A stretch of DNA of 18,013 bases from Candidatus Muiribacteriota bacterium (lineage in GTDB: Bacteria; Muiribacteriota; Muiribacteriia; Muiribacteriales; Muiribacteriaceae), in contig JBNJGP010000052.1 in NCBI GenBank assembly GCA_051747805.1, positions 1-18,013 of the forward strand, read 5' to 3'. Positions within the stretch are counted from its first letter, which is position 1; every line of letters begins with the position of its first letter. A model generated the notes under the pieces. The model worked only from the letters and a program-made list of their open reading frames with translations. It ran no database searches and was not told the origin of the DNA. A program made the translations under genes and the position numbers. This document shows, piece after piece, positions 17,079-18,013 of this stretch.

Positions 17079-18013
17079 ATGCATAAAGTTTTAGTTGTGG
17101 ATTTTGGCAGTCAGTATTCTCAGTTGATAGTAAGAAAAGTTAGGGAGCTGGGTTTTTATTCTGAAATAATAAGCTGTACGTTAGTTGATGAATATATGAA
17201 AAATAATTCTCCTGACGCAATTATTCTTTCAGGCGGACCAGAATCTGTTTATGACGAAAAGGTCCCACTTATTGAAAAAAATTATATTGATGGAAAAGTA
17301 CCTGTGCTGGGAATTTGTTATGGGATGCAGGTTATTATGTATTTGTATGGCGGTAAAATCGATACTGAGCATAAAAGAGAATATGGTTTTACAAAATTAA
17401 ATATTTTAAAAAATTCACTGTTGCTTGAAAAAACAGAAGACAATACTGTTTGGATGAGTCATGGTGATTCAGTATCAGAACTTCCTGAGGGTTTTGAGTT
17501 AATTGCCACAACAGAAGGCTGTCCCCACTGTGTGGTAAATAAGGGCAGCATATACGGTGTACAGTTTCATCCAGAGGTGCATCATACAAAAGAAGGAAAA
17601 AAAATTCTTTCAAACTTCTTAATTAATATTGCAGAACTTGAACCTGACTGGACTATGGCTGATTATATTGATTATGAAATTAAAAAAATAAGGGAGAAAA
17701 CTAAGGGGAAAAAAGTTATTTGTGCTTTATCAGGTGGTGTTGACTCAACTGTGATGACCGCATTGCTTGCAAGGGCTATAGGGGATAGATTAACAGCAAT
17801 TTATATTGATAATGGTTTGATGAGAAAAAACGAAACAGAAGGAATTAAAAAATTATTTGCAACGGGATATGATTTTAACCTTGATGTTGTTAATGCAGAA
17901 GAAAAATTCCTTTCGCGACTTGAGGGAATAAGCGATCCAGAAAAAAAGAGAAAAATAATTGGCAAAACATTTATTGAAGTTTTTGAAAAAGAGGCAAAAA
18001 AAATCAATGCGCA
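17079..18013 (+). CDS. guaA: GMP synthase (glutamine-hydrolysing), 3'-truncated by window end
   Basis: Translated by hand from ATG 17079 (SD AAGGAG): MHKVLVVDFGSQYSQLIVRKVRELG...IILSGGPESV...PVLGICYGMQ...VWMSHGD...GVQFHPEV...ALSGGVDS. Absent from the ORF track because no stop falls in the window. Confidence 0.97.
   Translation, partial: MHKVLVVDFGSQYSQLIVRKVRELGFYSEIISCTLVDEYMKNNSPDAIILSGGPESVYDEKVPLIEKNYIDGKVPVLGICYGMQVIMYLYGGKIDTEHKREYGFTKLNILKNSLLLEKTEDNTVWMSHGDSVSELPEGFELIATTEGCPHCVVNKGSIYGVQFHPEVHHTKEGKKILSNFLINIAELEPDWTMADYIDYEIKKIREKTKGKKVICALSGGVDSTVMTALLARAIGDRLTAIYIDNGLMRKNETEGIKKLFATGYDFNLDVVNAEEKFLSRLEGISDPEKKRKIIGKTFIEVFEKEAKKINA

Noticed and set aside
17389..18007. Minus-strand ORFs 17389-17613 and 17801-18007
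   Set aside because: Antisense to guaA, which occupies 17079 to the window end.

Overview
AT-rich bacterial chromosomal window with mostly housekeeping genes. The left 3 kb holds the 3' end of a hypothetical VirB10/TrbI-like protein, an XRE-cupin regulator (-), a TIGR00725 LOG-like Rossmann protein (+) convergent with a STAS anti-sigma-factor antagonist (-), and an unrecognised 192-aa protein. These are followed by leuS and a de novo purine cluster, purB-purC-purS-purQ-purL-purF-purM / purN-purH-purD-guaA (guaA runs off the end; no purE/purK in the window). Two related sigma70-promoter + guanine-riboswitch + terminator modules sit upstream of purB and purN. Three non-coding signals are not explained by these features. 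(1) A ~155-nt structured element between purH and purD: a 14-bp closing stem around an array of short hairpins separated by AGTAAA linkers, with compensatory base-pair changes between units. (2) A 22/23-bp inverted repeat bracketing the TIGR00725-STAS pair. (3) A 23-bp direct repeat just upstream of the -35 boxes of the XRE and STAS promoters. All calls come from reading the sequence by eye; no searches or folding were run.
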